Translations under genes and position numbers: made by a program
The notes under the pieces: generated by a model
The model's database searches: none
Seen by the model: the letters and a program-made list of their open reading frames with translations, nothing else
Told to the model about the DNA's origin: nothing
Source of the DNA: Trichlorobacter lovleyi SZ
Lineage (GTDB): Bacteria; Desulfobacterota; Desulfuromonadia; Geobacterales; Pseudopelobacteraceae
DNA length: 32,000 bases
NCBI RefSeq assembly: GCF_000020385.1
Contig: NC_010814.1
Span: 3,750,001 to 3,782,000, forward strand
Reading direction: 5' to 3'
Part shown: piece after piece, positions 1 to 8,421 of the stretch
How positions within the stretch are numbered: position 1 is the stretch's first letter
Layout of the letters: every line of letters starts with the position of its first letter

Positions 1-405
1 TGGAAGTTCTGTTACATTACTTCTGGCTTTTTGCAGCCGATAGTCACGCAAAGCCTCAGTTGCATGCCTAATAACTGCCAGCGGTGTCTTCTGGGTTTTC
101 TTTACAAAGGCATGGCAGCACGCAACAATCTTGCCTTCATCGTAAAACCATACCACTCTAATATGCCCTTTTCTGAACTGCCAAATATCAGTTGCAATTG
201 TGTGACATATTTCAGGTGGCAAAAGTCTCGGACCATTTAACGCCACATAGGCAAATAGCCTCCTGATCGCCACGCCATCTTTTTCATAATTTGTAGGAAG
301 GCTGGAAAGGAAATCATCAACCTGACATTCCGTTTGGCTTTCGCAGGTAGCAACAACCTTCCAGGTGCTATTTAATTCGGTAGGTATCAGGCTTTTTATG
401 AACAC
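1..405 (-). CDS. RelE/ParE-superfamily toxin, phage Gp49-like (HigB-type); 3' end runs off the window
   Basis: Own minus-strand translation; the ORF is absent from the track because there is no stop in the window. GTG at 405..403 is preceded by an in-frame TGA at 429..427. The reading frame stays open to position 1: MFIKSLIPTELNSTWKVVATCESQTECQVDDFLSSLP...DIWQFRKGHIRVVWFYDEGKIVACCHAFVKKTQKTPLAVIRHATEALRDY. The W-x-F-R...RV-x-F/Y...IV...F-x-KKTQKTP...I..A pattern is the hallmark of Gp49-like addiction-module killer proteins. There is no in-frame ATG, so the GTG start is inferred. Confidence 0.55.
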   Translation of the reverse strand, partial: MFIKSLIPTELNSTWKVVATCESQTECQVDDFLSSLPTNYEKDGVAIRRLFAYVALNGPRLLPPEICHTIATDIWQFRKGHIRVVWFYDEGKIVACCHAFVKKTQKTPLAVIRHATEALRDYRLQKARSNVTELP

Positions 406-541
406 TTTTAACCTATAGGTAAAATATCATTGTTAACTATTTTCTTCAACCGCACATATCGGTATTTTCAAGGGCGACACCACAACATATAGATGCACTT
501 TTTTGACAAGACATGCACTAGAGCATAACTTCAATTATGGA

Positions 542-1771
542 TTATGCAAGCACTTTACTTTTCTCTGGGGTCGCCAATTCGCCAGCGATCAGTTCCGTGA
601 TCCTGTCTGCAATTTTCTGCATCGGCTCACGCAACCGCTCCGTTGTGATCTGGATATACCCACCGGTGACATCATTCCCCATGCTGTGATTCAACAGCGC
701 CTTCAGGCTGTAATGCGGCACGTCCAGGCCTTCAGCAATGGTGATGAAGGTGCGTCGCAGATCATGGAAACAGAACTGAACGCCAGATGCTGCGATTATA
801 TCCCGCTTGTAATTATCAGGATTACTCAGGAATGGTGCCGGGTGCTTGCCAGGAAAAATATATTCGTTCTCATACCCAGCCGCCCGGCGCTTCAACAGCA
901 GCTTGTAGAGCTGCTCTGACATCGGCATGGTCACCTGATCATCTTCCGGCTTTTCACCCCGCTTCTTTTCAGGGGTAAAGGTAAAGGCCTTCCTCTTAAA
1001 ATCAATATCAGACCATTTCAGTCGGGCCGCTTCATTACGCCTTAAACCGGTGTAGAGCAGCAACAGCATGTAATCCCGGCCCTTGGGGTTGTCGTAAGCA
1101 TTCACCGCCTTAAACCATATTGGCAGGTCTTCAGGCTTGATAAAGGTGATGCGGCGCTTCTTCTTGGCCCAATCCCGTTCACGCACTTCCCGCACACCAT
1201 CGACAGGGTTTCTGTGAATAACACCAGGGTGCAAGGCCAGCCCAAACCGGAAAAGGCTTCTAAGCAGCTTCACAGCGTTAATTGCCTGTGACTTGCCGTT
1301 GGTGATCTCCATCAGCTCCAGACGCTCCAGGACCATACTGCCGGTGATAGTGTCCGCTGGTAGTGTCAACCAGTCCTTGAAGTGATTCTCCATCCAGGCG
1401 GCATATTGCCGTATTGTTGCCGGGGCCAAGGTCTTCTTGGTAGACATATATTGACGGTGAAGGTCTGCAACGGTTATTGTCACTAACTTAGGTTGCCGGT
1501 CAGGGTGTGGATTAATGCCCTCTTTAAGCTTTTGAAGGTAGCCAGTAGCCTGTGCTCTGGCCTGTTCGCAGGTATAGAGACCAAAGGCCCCAATATGTAT
1601 GAACGGCTTCTTGCTGGTGCCCCGCTGCCGAGCACGCACAAAAAAGGTCAAAGCCTCTTTTGTTGCCCTGACACCAAAACCGGCAAGCTCAGTATCAAAG
1701 TAATCAACCTGTCCAGCTGTCGGCTTGACTATCTCTTTCAGGTTGGCTTTGGTGATTTTTAGGCTTGGCAT
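542..1771 (-). CDS. Tyrosine-type site-specific integrase (P4-like, N-terminal arm-binding DUF4102-type domain)
   Basis: ORF 542..1846, trimmed to the ATG at 1771 (MPSLKITKANLKEI...). The N-terminus YFDTELAGFGVRATKEALTFFVRAR is typical of P4-family integrase arm-binding domains. The C-terminal catalytic motifs are present: GLRRNEAARLKW (Arg), HDLRRT (His-x-x-Arg) and LLNHS...GGY (His/Tyr). Confidence 0.9.
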   Translation of the reverse strand: MPSLKITKANLKEIVKPTAGQVDYFDTELAGFGVRATKEALTFFVRARQRGTSKKPFIHIGAFGLYTCEQARAQATGYLQKLKEGINPHPDRQPKLVTITVADLHRQYMSTKKTLAPATIRQYAAWMENHFKDWLTLPADTITGSMVLERLELMEITNGKSQAINAVKLLRSLFRFGLALHPGVIHRNPVDGVREVRERDWAKKKRRITFIKPEDLPIWFKAVNAYDNPKGRDYMLLLLYTGLRRNEAARLKWSDIDFKRKAFTFTPEKKRGEKPEDDQVTMPMSEQLYKLLLKRRAAGYENEYIFPGKHPAPFLSNPDNYKRDIIAASGVQFCFHDLRRTFITIAEGLDVPHYSLKALLNHSMGNDVTGGYIQITTERLREPMQKIADRITELIAGELATPEKSKVLA

Positions 1772-1784
1772 AGTAGCCCCCTGT

Positions 1785-1817
1785 AGTGTCCAACTCAGTG
1801 ACCCAAAAGTGGACACT
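1785..1817. repeat. 8-bp inverted repeat AGTGTCCA-N17-TGGACACT just upstream of the integrase start, overlapping a second small hairpin (ACTGTG-acaaaaa-CACAGT, 1814..1832)
   Basis: Read directly from the sequence between the integrase ATG (1771) and the smc ATG (1902). Function is unknown; it could be an operator or a recombination site. Confidence 0.3.
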
Positions 1818-1901
1818 GTGACAAAAACACAGTAACAAATGAGCATACTCTATGCAACAGCTTTCAAGTGAATATCATATGTTAGACAACACCATCACAC
1901 T

Positions 1902-4900
1902 ATGAAAATCAAACGACTTGAGATAGCCGGGTTTAAATCGTTTGCCGATAAGGTGGTACTGGATTTCCAGCAGGGGGTGACCGGCGTGGTAGGCCCCAAC
2001 GGCTGCGGCAAATCCAACATTGTGGATGCGATGCGCTGGTGTATGGGGGAGCAATCCGCCAAGAACCTGCGCGGCAAGGCGATGGAAGACATCATCTTTG
2101 CAGGCAGCGACAGCAGGAAACCGTTGGGGATGGCAGAGGTTTCGCTTGTTTTTTCCACCGAAGACGGACGCGCCCCGGCCAAATATCTGGAATTTAGCGA
2201 GATACAGCTGACCCGTCGCCTCTATCGTGATGGCGAGAGTGAATACCTGATCAACAAGACCCCCTGCCGCCTGCTGGATATCTCGGAGCTGTTCATGGAT
2301 ACCGGGGTGGGCACCAAGGCCTATTCAATCATCGAGCAAGGCAAGATCGGCCAGATTCTGCATTCACGTCCTGAAGAACGGCGCCTGCTGATTGAAGAGG
2401 CCGCCGGCGTTACCAAATACAAGACCAGAAAACAGCTTGCCCTGAAAAAGATCGAAGCCACCCGCCAGAACCTGCTGCGGCTGGCAGATGTACTCGGCGA
2501 GATCAAGCGACAGCTCAACAGCCTGCAGCGCCAAGCCAAAAAGGCGGAAAAATTCCGGGAATACCGTGAAGAGCTGCGGGAGATCGACCTGCAGTTCACC
2601 CTGCACCAGGCCTCAACGCTGCAGCACGATCAGCACCAGGCCGAGCAGCAGCTGGCGGAACTGAAAAACCGGATGCAGGAGATAGTAACGGCAGCCGACA
2701 CAGCAGACAATCAGGTGGAACTGCAGCGCCTGGCCATGCTGGAAGCCGAAAAGGCATTAAACATCCAACAGGAAGAACAGTTCCGGTTTCGCAGCGAAGC
2801 CGCTGCCTGTGAAAGCGACCTGAACTTCTGCCGCAAAGAGCGCGACGCCATTGCAGAACGGCTGACCAGACTGGTGGCCGAGCTTCAAACCATCTCCCTG
2901 CAGAGAGATGCACTTGCAACAGAACTGACCAACCTGCTCCAGCTGCAGCAGACGACCGGCAGTGATCTGCTTACGGCGGAAACAGAACTGGCCGGCCTGC
3001 TTGAGGGTCATAAAGAACAGGAACAGCGCTATGAAGAGCTGAACCGGCAGCTTGATGCAAAACGCAGAGAGCTGTTCAGCGCAACCGGTGAGGCAACCCA
3101 CTGCCGTACCCGTCATGAACAGGCACAGAAACGCCTGGTCATGCTGGCAGAGCGCCTTGAACGCCACACACGGGAAGAAGCCCAGCTGATTGAAAAGCAG
3201 GCCGAAAACGCAGCCAGCCACACAAAGGTTGAAGCGGAATGGCGGCACTGCACCCTTGAGCATCAAGCGGCAACAACCGAGCTTGCTCGGCTTACCGAGC
3301 AGGAGCGGGTGCTGAAGGCGCAGCTGCCCGAGCTGGAACAGCTGGTGCAGAACCGTCGTGATGCCTTGAGTCAAAACCGCTCCCGCCTGACATCACTACA
3401 GGAGCTTGAGGCCCAGTTTGCCGGCTACGGTCAGGGGGTACGTCTTTTAATGACGGAATCACCGCTGCGGAGCCGCTTCGGAGGATTGCTGGCCGACAAC
3501 CTGCTGGTGCCCGAGGAGTACGAGGTTGCTGTTGAGGCGGTACTGGCTGAACGTCTGCAAACAATCCTGTGCGGATCAGAGCAGGAACTGATCAGCTCAA
3601 TCCAGTATCTTCGACAGCACTCTGCAGGACGCGCCCAGCTGACCTTTCCCGCCGGCAACACACCACCCCGCACCACCAGTGAGATTATCGGTGCACCAGA
3701 CCTCCTCTCGCTGGTGGAGGTCAATGACAATGCCAGGCTGCCGGTACAGCGGATGCTTGCCCAGGTGCTCCTGGCGAACAGTCTTGAAGAGGCCCTGGCC
3801 TATTCCCGCCGCTATCCGGAACAGACCTTTGTCACCAGAGAGGGTGATGTTGTTGCACCCGACGGCACTGTCAGCGGCGGTTCAGTCGAGACCGCCCAGA
3901 ATGGTATCATCCATAAAAAACGTGAAATCAGGTCGCTCGAGCTGCCGGTGGAAAACCTGCTGGCCGAACTGGAATCCTGCGAGTCCGAGCGGGACCGGGT
4001 ACGCGCCGATCTGCAGGGTGCGGCTCAAGAACTGCTGCAGGCACGCAGCAACCTGCATCAGCTCGATCTGACCCTGACAGGGCTGGTCAAGGACCGGCAG
4101 CAACTTGAGGCTCAGTCGGCCCAGCTTGCTGAACGACTCAAGCTGTTAGTGCTTGAACGTTCCACGCTTGACGAAGAGCAGTGCCTACTGCAGGAAGAAC
4201 AGAAAAGCGCCGCGATCGGCCAGGAGGCTGCAGAACTTCAGGCCAGACAACTTGAGCAGGAATCCCGCGGCATTACTGCCGAGATCGAGGGGCAGCGCCT
4301 GATCCTGGCTACGGCACGCGAGACCCTGACCACACAACGGGTCACCGTTGCCACCCTCCGGGAGCAGGGCGAGGCCCATCAGCGCACCAGGGCCTCCCTT
4401 ACAGCCCAACTGGATGAGCATGAGCGCAGAATCAAAAACGGTGCGGACGAACAGGAGCAATCCGAGAACAACCGCCAAGAGCTGCATAACCGGATAGAAT
4501 CCGAGGAGATCCGTCTTGCAGCCCTGCTTGAACAGCAACGCCGGCAGGATGAACTGCTGCTGCTTGTCAGAAAACAGTACGAGACAGCGGCAGCAGAGCT
4601 AACCACGGCAGAACATGATGCACGCCTGCGTCGCGACGAACGCGAGGCGATCCGCCAGCTGCATGCCGACCTGTCGCTGAAGGTCTCATCGCTCACCCTG
4701 CAGCGGGAACACCTTGAGCAGTCCCTGCAAGACCGCCACCGGATCGGCCTGTCCGAGGTGCGGGAGCGCCTGGGTGAACAGACGCTGGACCCTGTGGTTG
4801 CGCGGGTCCGCCAGACCGACCTTGAACGGCTGATCGACGAGTTGGGTGAAGTTAACCTGATGGCCATCGAAGAGTATGCCGGCATGGAACAGCGCTATGA

Positions 4901-5435
4901 TTTTCTTGCCTCGCAGAAATCAGACCTTGAAGAATCGCTGCAGGATCTGCAACAGGCGATCCACCGCATCAACCGCACCACCCGCAAACGCTTCCTTGAG
5001 GCCTTTACCCTGATCAACGAAAAGTTCCAGGAGGTCTTTCCACGTCTGTTCTGCGGCGGCCGGGCAGAGCTGAAGCTGACCGACGAGCAGGATCTGCTGG
5101 AGACCGGTATCGACATCATCGTCCAGCCTCCCGGCAAAAAGCTGGCCAATGTGATGCTGCTGTCAGGAGGCGAAAAGGCGCTGACCGCTGTTGCCTTGAT
5201 CTTCTCGATCTTTTTGATCAAGCCGACGCCGTTCTGTCTGCTTGACGAGGTTGATGCCCCGCTGGACGATGCAAACATCGGGCGTTTCAACGACATGGTG
5301 CGTGAGATGAGCGCCATATCCCAATTCATCATTATCACGCACAACAAAACCACCATGGCGGTTGCCGACACACTGTACGGCGTCACCATGGAAGAGCCGG
5401 GGGCGTCGCGACTGGTGTCTGTACGATTGCATTAG
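1902..5435 (+). CDS. smc: Chromosome segregation protein SMC
   Basis: 1177 aa. It has an N-terminal Walker A (GPNGCGKSN), long heptad-rich Q/E/L/R coiled-coil arms and a central hinge. The C-terminal head carries the signature LSGGEKALTA and Walker B LLDEVDAPLD. Confidence 0.97.
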   Translation: MKIKRLEIAGFKSFADKVVLDFQQGVTGVVGPNGCGKSNIVDAMRWCMGEQSAKNLRGKAMEDIIFAGSDSRKPLGMAEVSLVFSTEDGRAPAKYLEFSEIQLTRRLYRDGESEYLINKTPCRLLDISELFMDTGVGTKAYSIIEQGKIGQILHSRPEERRLLIEEAAGVTKYKTRKQLALKKIEATRQNLLRLADVLGEIKRQLNSLQRQAKKAEKFREYREELREIDLQFTLHQASTLQHDQHQAEQQLAELKNRMQEIVTAADTADNQVELQRLAMLEAEKALNIQQEEQFRFRSEAAACESDLNFCRKERDAIAERLTRLVAELQTISLQRDALATELTNLLQLQQTTGSDLLTAETELAGLLEGHKEQEQRYEELNRQLDAKRRELFSATGEATHCRTRHEQAQKRLVMLAERLERHTREEAQLIEKQAENAASHTKVEAEWRHCTLEHQAATTELARLTEQERVLKAQLPELEQLVQNRRDALSQNRSRLTSLQELEAQFAGYGQGVRLLMTESPLRSRFGGLLADNLLVPEEYEVAVEAVLAERLQTILCGSEQELISSIQYLRQHSAGRAQLTFPAGNTPPRTTSEIIGAPDLLSLVEVNDNARLPVQRMLAQVLLANSLEEALAYSRRYPEQTFVTREGDVVAPDGTVSGGSVETAQNGIIHKKREIRSLELPVENLLAELESCESERDRVRADLQGAAQELLQARSNLHQLDLTLTGLVKDRQQLEAQSAQLAERLKLLVLERSTLDEEQCLLQEEQKSAAIGQEAAELQARQLEQESRGITAEIEGQRLILATARETLTTQRVTVATLREQGEAHQRTRASLTAQLDEHERRIKNGADEQEQSENNRQELHNRIESEEIRLAALLEQQRRQDELLLLVRKQYETAAAELTTAEHDARLRRDEREAIRQLHADLSLKVSSLTLQREHLEQSLQDRHRIGLSEVRERLGEQTLDPVVARVRQTDLERLIDELGEVNLMAIEEYAGMEQRYDFLASQKSDLEESLQDLQQAIHRINRTTRKRFLEAFTLINEKFQEVFPRLFCGGRAELKLTDEQDLLETGIDIIVQPPGKKLANVMLLSGGEKALTAVALIFSIFLIKPTPFCLLDEVDAPLDDANIGRFNDMVREMSAISQFIIITHNKTTMAVADTLYGVTMEEPGASRLVSVRLH

Positions 5436-5492
5436 ACAGGCTGTTCTGCTATTTAATGAGGATATTTCCTGCGTATCTGCAAGGAGTTTTCC

Positions 5493-5849
5493 ATGCCGTT
5501 TCATGCCATACTGAAAGAGCTGGTGGATGCCGTCCCCGGTGCCGTGGGTGCCATTCTGGTAGACTGGGAGGGCGAGGCGGTACAGGAATACTGCCACTGC
5601 GACTCCTACGATATACGCTTTGTCGGCGCCCACAAGGGAATTATACTGTCACGGCTGCGTGAGACCCATGCCGAAAGCCAGGGGGGCGAGATCGAAGATG
5701 TGGTGATCACCTCGGAGCGCCAGGTCCTGCTGATCGGCACGGTAGACCCGGATTACTCACTGGTACTGCAGACAGAGAGGACCTGTCCGGCCGGTCTGGC
5801 ACGCCACCATTTCAACAATGCGTTGACACGCTTGAAGAAGGAGCTTTGA
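5493..5849 (+). CDS. Roadblock/LC7 (MglB-like) domain protein
   Basis: 118 aa with an AAGGAG RBS upstream. The sequence LKELVDAVPGAVGAILVDWEGEAV...VVITSERQVLLIGTVDPDYSLVLQT matches the Robl/LC7 pattern by eye (GA.GA.LVD.EG...a beta-strand-rich core). Confidence 0.65.
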   Translation: MPFHAILKELVDAVPGAVGAILVDWEGEAVQEYCHCDSYDIRFVGAHKGIILSRLRETHAESQGGEIEDVVITSERQVLLIGTVDPDYSLVLQTERTCPAGLARHHFNNALTRLKKEL

Positions 5850-6877
5850 TGTCTGAAGAGCGGAAAGGGTTTTTGCGGGGGATGTTTGAACGGGCAACCG
5901 GAGCCGCTCCCCAGGAGTTACAAACCGAACAGCCCCCTGCAGACGAATCCCGGAATAAGCCGGGCCTGTTTGAACGCCTCAAGGCAGGCCTGAAAAAGAC
6001 CACCGACGGCCTGGTGGGCCGGATCGATGCGCTGGTACTCGGCAAAAAGGAGATTGATGCCGACACCCTGGAGGAGCTGGAAGAGATCCTGATCACATCC
6101 GATATCGGGGTCAAGACCACGGTAGAGCTGATCCGCAGCCTGGAGCAGCGCCTCTCACGCAATGAACTGAAAGATGGTGCCGCCTTGCGCGGTGCCTTGA
6201 AAGACGAACTGCTGGCACGCCTGCTGGCACACCATACCCCGCTGCGGCTTGAGGGAACGGCACCGTTTACCATCCTGGTCGTAGGGGTCAACGGCGTCGG
6301 CAAGACCACCACCATCGGCAAGCTGGCCGCCAAATACGCTGCTGAAGGCCGCAAGGTACTGCTGGCGGCAGGAGACACCTTCCGTGCCGCTGCAGCAGAG
6401 CAGCTTGAAATTTGGGGCGACCGGGCAGGGGTGTCCGTTATCCGCCATCAGGAGGGTGCCGACCCGTCGGCAGTTGCCTTTGATGCCTGCAAGGCTGCGG
6501 TCAGCCGTGGCACCGAGATCCTGATTATCGACACGGCCGGACGGTTACACACCAAGGTCAACCTGATGGAAGAGATGAAGAAGATCCATCGTGTTATCGG
6601 ACGTGAAATCCCCGGGGCCCCCCACGAAACGCTGCTGGTACTTGATGGCGCCACCGGCCAGAACGCCCTTTCCCAGGCCCGGCTCTTTAAGGAGTCTGCC
6701 GGGGTGACCGGCATTGCCCTGACCAAGCTGGATGGCACTGCCAAAGGCGGTATTGTGGTGGCGGTTTCCCATGAATTCGGCCTGCCTGTCCGCTTTATCG
6801 GGGTAGGCGAAGGTATTGACGACCTGCGCGAATTTGAACCCAACGAGTTTGTGGATGCCCTCTTCCAAACCTCATAA
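5849..6877 (+). CDS. ftsY: Signal recognition particle receptor FtsY
   Basis: SRP-GTPase motifs are present: [15 protein letters not shown] (G1), DTAGR (G3) and [10 protein letters not shown] (G4). The ATG at 5849 shares one nucleotide with the upstream TGA (TGATG), and a GAAGAAGGAG RBS lies upstream. The track ORF starts 3 nt earlier at a TTG. Confidence 0.95.
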   Translation: MSEERKGFLRGMFERATGAAPQELQTEQPPADESRNKPGLFERLKAGLKKTTDGLVGRIDALVLGKKEIDADTLEELEEILITSDIGVKTTVELIRSLEQRLSRNELKDGAALRGALKDELLARLLAHHTPLRLEGTAPFTILVVGVNGVGKTTTIGKLAAKYAAEGRKVLLAAGDTFRAAAAEQLEIWGDRAGVSVIRHQEGADPSAVAFDACKAAVSRGTEILIIDTAGRLHTKVNLMEEMKKIHRVIGREIPGAPHETLLVLDGATGQNALSQARLFKESAGVTGIALTKLDGTAKGGIVVAVSHEFGLPVRFIGVGEGIDDLREFEPNEFVDALFQTS

Positions 6878-6968
6878 CCAGCACGGCACGGACGCCCCCA
6901 TGCAAATGGGCCTTGACTTTATTCAGGAAAATCAATACATTATTGCACCTTCAGAAGGAGACATCGTC

Positions 6969-7145
6969 GTGGAAGCAGAACTTTTTGAAAAACTTGAAGA
7001 AAAAATCAGCACCCTGTTGTCCAACTATGCGGCCCTCAAGGAAGAAAAGCGGATGCTGGCTGAAGAAAACGCACGTCTGCAGCAGGAGCGTGAAGGGCTG
7101 AAAGGACGCATTGATAGCATACTGAGTAGACTTGAAGGCGTGTAA
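6969..7145 (+). CDS. zapB: ZapB-like coiled-coil cell-division protein (start uncertain; alternative ATG at 6900)
   Basis: Short all-coiled-coil product: VEAELFEKLEEKISTLLSNYAALKEEKRMLAEENARLQQEREGLKGRIDSILSRLEGV. The GTG at 6969 has a GAAGGAG RBS 8 nt upstream. The position directly before zapA supports the call. The longer track ORF (6816) overlaps the ftsY 3' end. Confidence 0.55.
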   Translation: MEAELFEKLEEKISTLLSNYAALKEEKRMLAEENARLQQEREGLKGRIDSILSRLEGV

Positions 7146-7148
7146 GGG

Positions 7149-7427
7149 ATGATCAGGGGCCATCTGGTCACGGTACTGGGACGTGAAATCCCGGTCCGTA
7201 GTGCTGCACCTGAGGAAAAGGTGCGTGAGGTCGAGGCCTTTGTCAATGAGCGGATTGAAGCGATCCGCTCCCGGCTGACCACAGCCGACCCGCAGCTGCT
7301 GGTGACCCTGGCATTGCTGAACCTGTCGGAATCATACCTGGAACTGCAGCACCGGCAGGACGGCTCAGGCAGCACACTGGAGGCCAGACTTACCAGCATG
7401 CTTGATCAGTTGGATCACGTTTTGTAG
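7149..7427 (+). CDS. zapA: Cell division protein ZapA
   Basis: 92 aa. V-x-(I/V)-L-G-R-E-(I/Y)-P-(I/V) near the N-terminus followed by a coiled-coil tail fits the ZapA family pattern. The zapB-zapA-(6S)-5-FTHF-ligase neighbourhood supports the call. Confidence 0.8.
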   Translation: MIRGHLVTVLGREIPVRSAAPEEKVREVEAFVNERIEAIRSRLTTADPQLLVTLALLNLSESYLELQHRQDGSGSTLEARLTSMLDQLDHVL

Positions 7428-7449
7428 TCTAGTAAATAATTGATAAACT

Positions 7450-7735
7450 GCCATCAACGACGCAGCTTTCTGCGGCATGGATGAATGGGCGTACAGGAAC
7501 AGACAGTAATAATCAGCAGGTTACAACAGTGAAGCCAGGCCTGGACAGCGGCCTGAACTGGCATGAGCACCCGGTCTCTTCAGGGAGACTTGATATATAC
7601 TACCAACGCATGAACCATCTGTATTAGTTCAGTTTTCGCATTTGTTGCGTACTGATACCTGCACTGGCTTTATATATCCCCGGCATGAAAGGGGCATCCG
7701 GTAACAGCAGAACCGGCACTACCGGATTTTTCTTC
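7450..7735 (+). ncRNA. ssrS: Candidate 6S RNA (ssrS); boundaries approximate
   Basis: The 369-nt gap (7428-7796) between zapA and the 5-formyl-THF cyclo-ligase gene has no credible ORF. This is the conserved ssrS position (zapA-ssrS-ygfA in E. coli). Several local hairpins are present: CAGGCC-N8-GGCCTG at 7536-7555, GTCTC-N6-GAGAC at 7574-7589, and CCGGT-N9-ACCGG followed by a T-run at 7698-7731. I could not fold a convincing closing stem by hand. Confidence 0.35.
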
Positions 7736-7808
7736 CATCCTCCCTGCAGCAGACCAGACCCAGCTCCTGGGTAACATCCTGTTTGTACGCATTTTTATGA
7801 GGGCTGGC

Positions 7809-8402
7809 ATGCCCAAGAAATCATTACGCTCCGATCTGTTGGCCCACCGCCGGGCCATTGATCACGCCCTCTGGCAGGATGCGAGTACAGCGGCACAGTT
7901 ACGCCTGATCAGCCTTGAGGCCTTTCAACGGGCAGCGTGCATCGCACTCTATTCGCCGATCCAGCGGGAAATCGATACCGGGCTGCTTTTTTCCAAGGCA
8001 CGTTCCAAGGGAAAGCGGGTGCTGTATCCCCTCGTCTGCGGCGCAACCCTGCAATTCAGGGAGGTTAACGCGCCAGAGCAATGCACTCCCGGTGCCTTTG
8101 GCATCCTCGAGCCATGCCGGCTGGGCGAGGACCACGCACTTGAAACGGCGGACCTGATTGTAGTGCCGGGGGTTGCCTTTGACCTGCAGGGGCACCGTAT
8201 CGGTTTTGGCAAAGGCTACTATGACCGTTGCCTGAGCCAGCTGCAAAGACATGGCGTTCTTGTTGGATTATGCCATGATTTTCAGTTGTTGGAGCGAATA
8301 CCGGCAGAGGGGCATGACATCAGGATGCAGCATATTATAACGGACAAACGCCTGATCAGTGTATCAGGAACCGAGGCAGGAACCGGCAGTACGCCGGATT
8401 AA
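7809..8402 (+). CDS. 5-formyltetrahydrofolate cyclo-ligase
   Basis: [17 protein letters not shown]...[12 protein letters not shown]...ILEP...[28 protein letters not shown] matches the family, including the G-x-G-x-GYYDR motif. The ATG at 7809 has a GAGGG RBS 5 nt upstream. The track start at 7797 has none. Confidence 0.85.
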   Translation: MPKKSLRSDLLAHRRAIDHALWQDASTAAQLRLISLEAFQRAACIALYSPIQREIDTGLLFSKARSKGKRVLYPLVCGATLQFREVNAPEQCTPGAFGILEPCRLGEDHALETADLIVVPGVAFDLQGHRIGFGKGYYDRCLSQLQRHGVLVGLCHDFQLLERIPAEGHDIRMQHIITDKRLISVSGTEAGTGSTPD

Positions 8403-8421
8403 ATATACGGAAGGAGGCGGT

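Noticed and set aside
503-919. 138-aa plus-strand ORF overlapping the integrase 3' end
   Set aside because: It is antisense to the catalytic domain of the integrase, which has intact R-H-R-Y motifs. It has no motif of its own.
1772-1901. Looked for a tRNA or tmRNA 3' fragment as the integrase target next to the integrase gene
   Set aside because: No cloverleaf-compatible sequence, T-loop (GTTCGAATC-like) motif or CCA-proximal acceptor stem is visible. Only two short inverted repeats are present.
2321-5633. Numerous 60-205-aa minus-strand and off-frame ORFs within smc (for example 2757..3374, 4379..4885, 4895..5389, 5163..5633)
   Set aside because: All are embedded in the 1177-aa SMC reading frame. 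Their products are low-complexity S/R/A/C-rich, typical of antisense frames of coiled-coil-coding GC-rich DNA.
6816-6968. Longer version of the zapB-like ORF starting at 6816 or 6900
   Set aside because: The 6816 start overlaps the ftsY 3' end, and neither upstream start has an RBS. The coiled-coil homology region begins at the GTG at 6969, which has a GAAGGAG RBS. The ATG at 6900 cannot be fully excluded.
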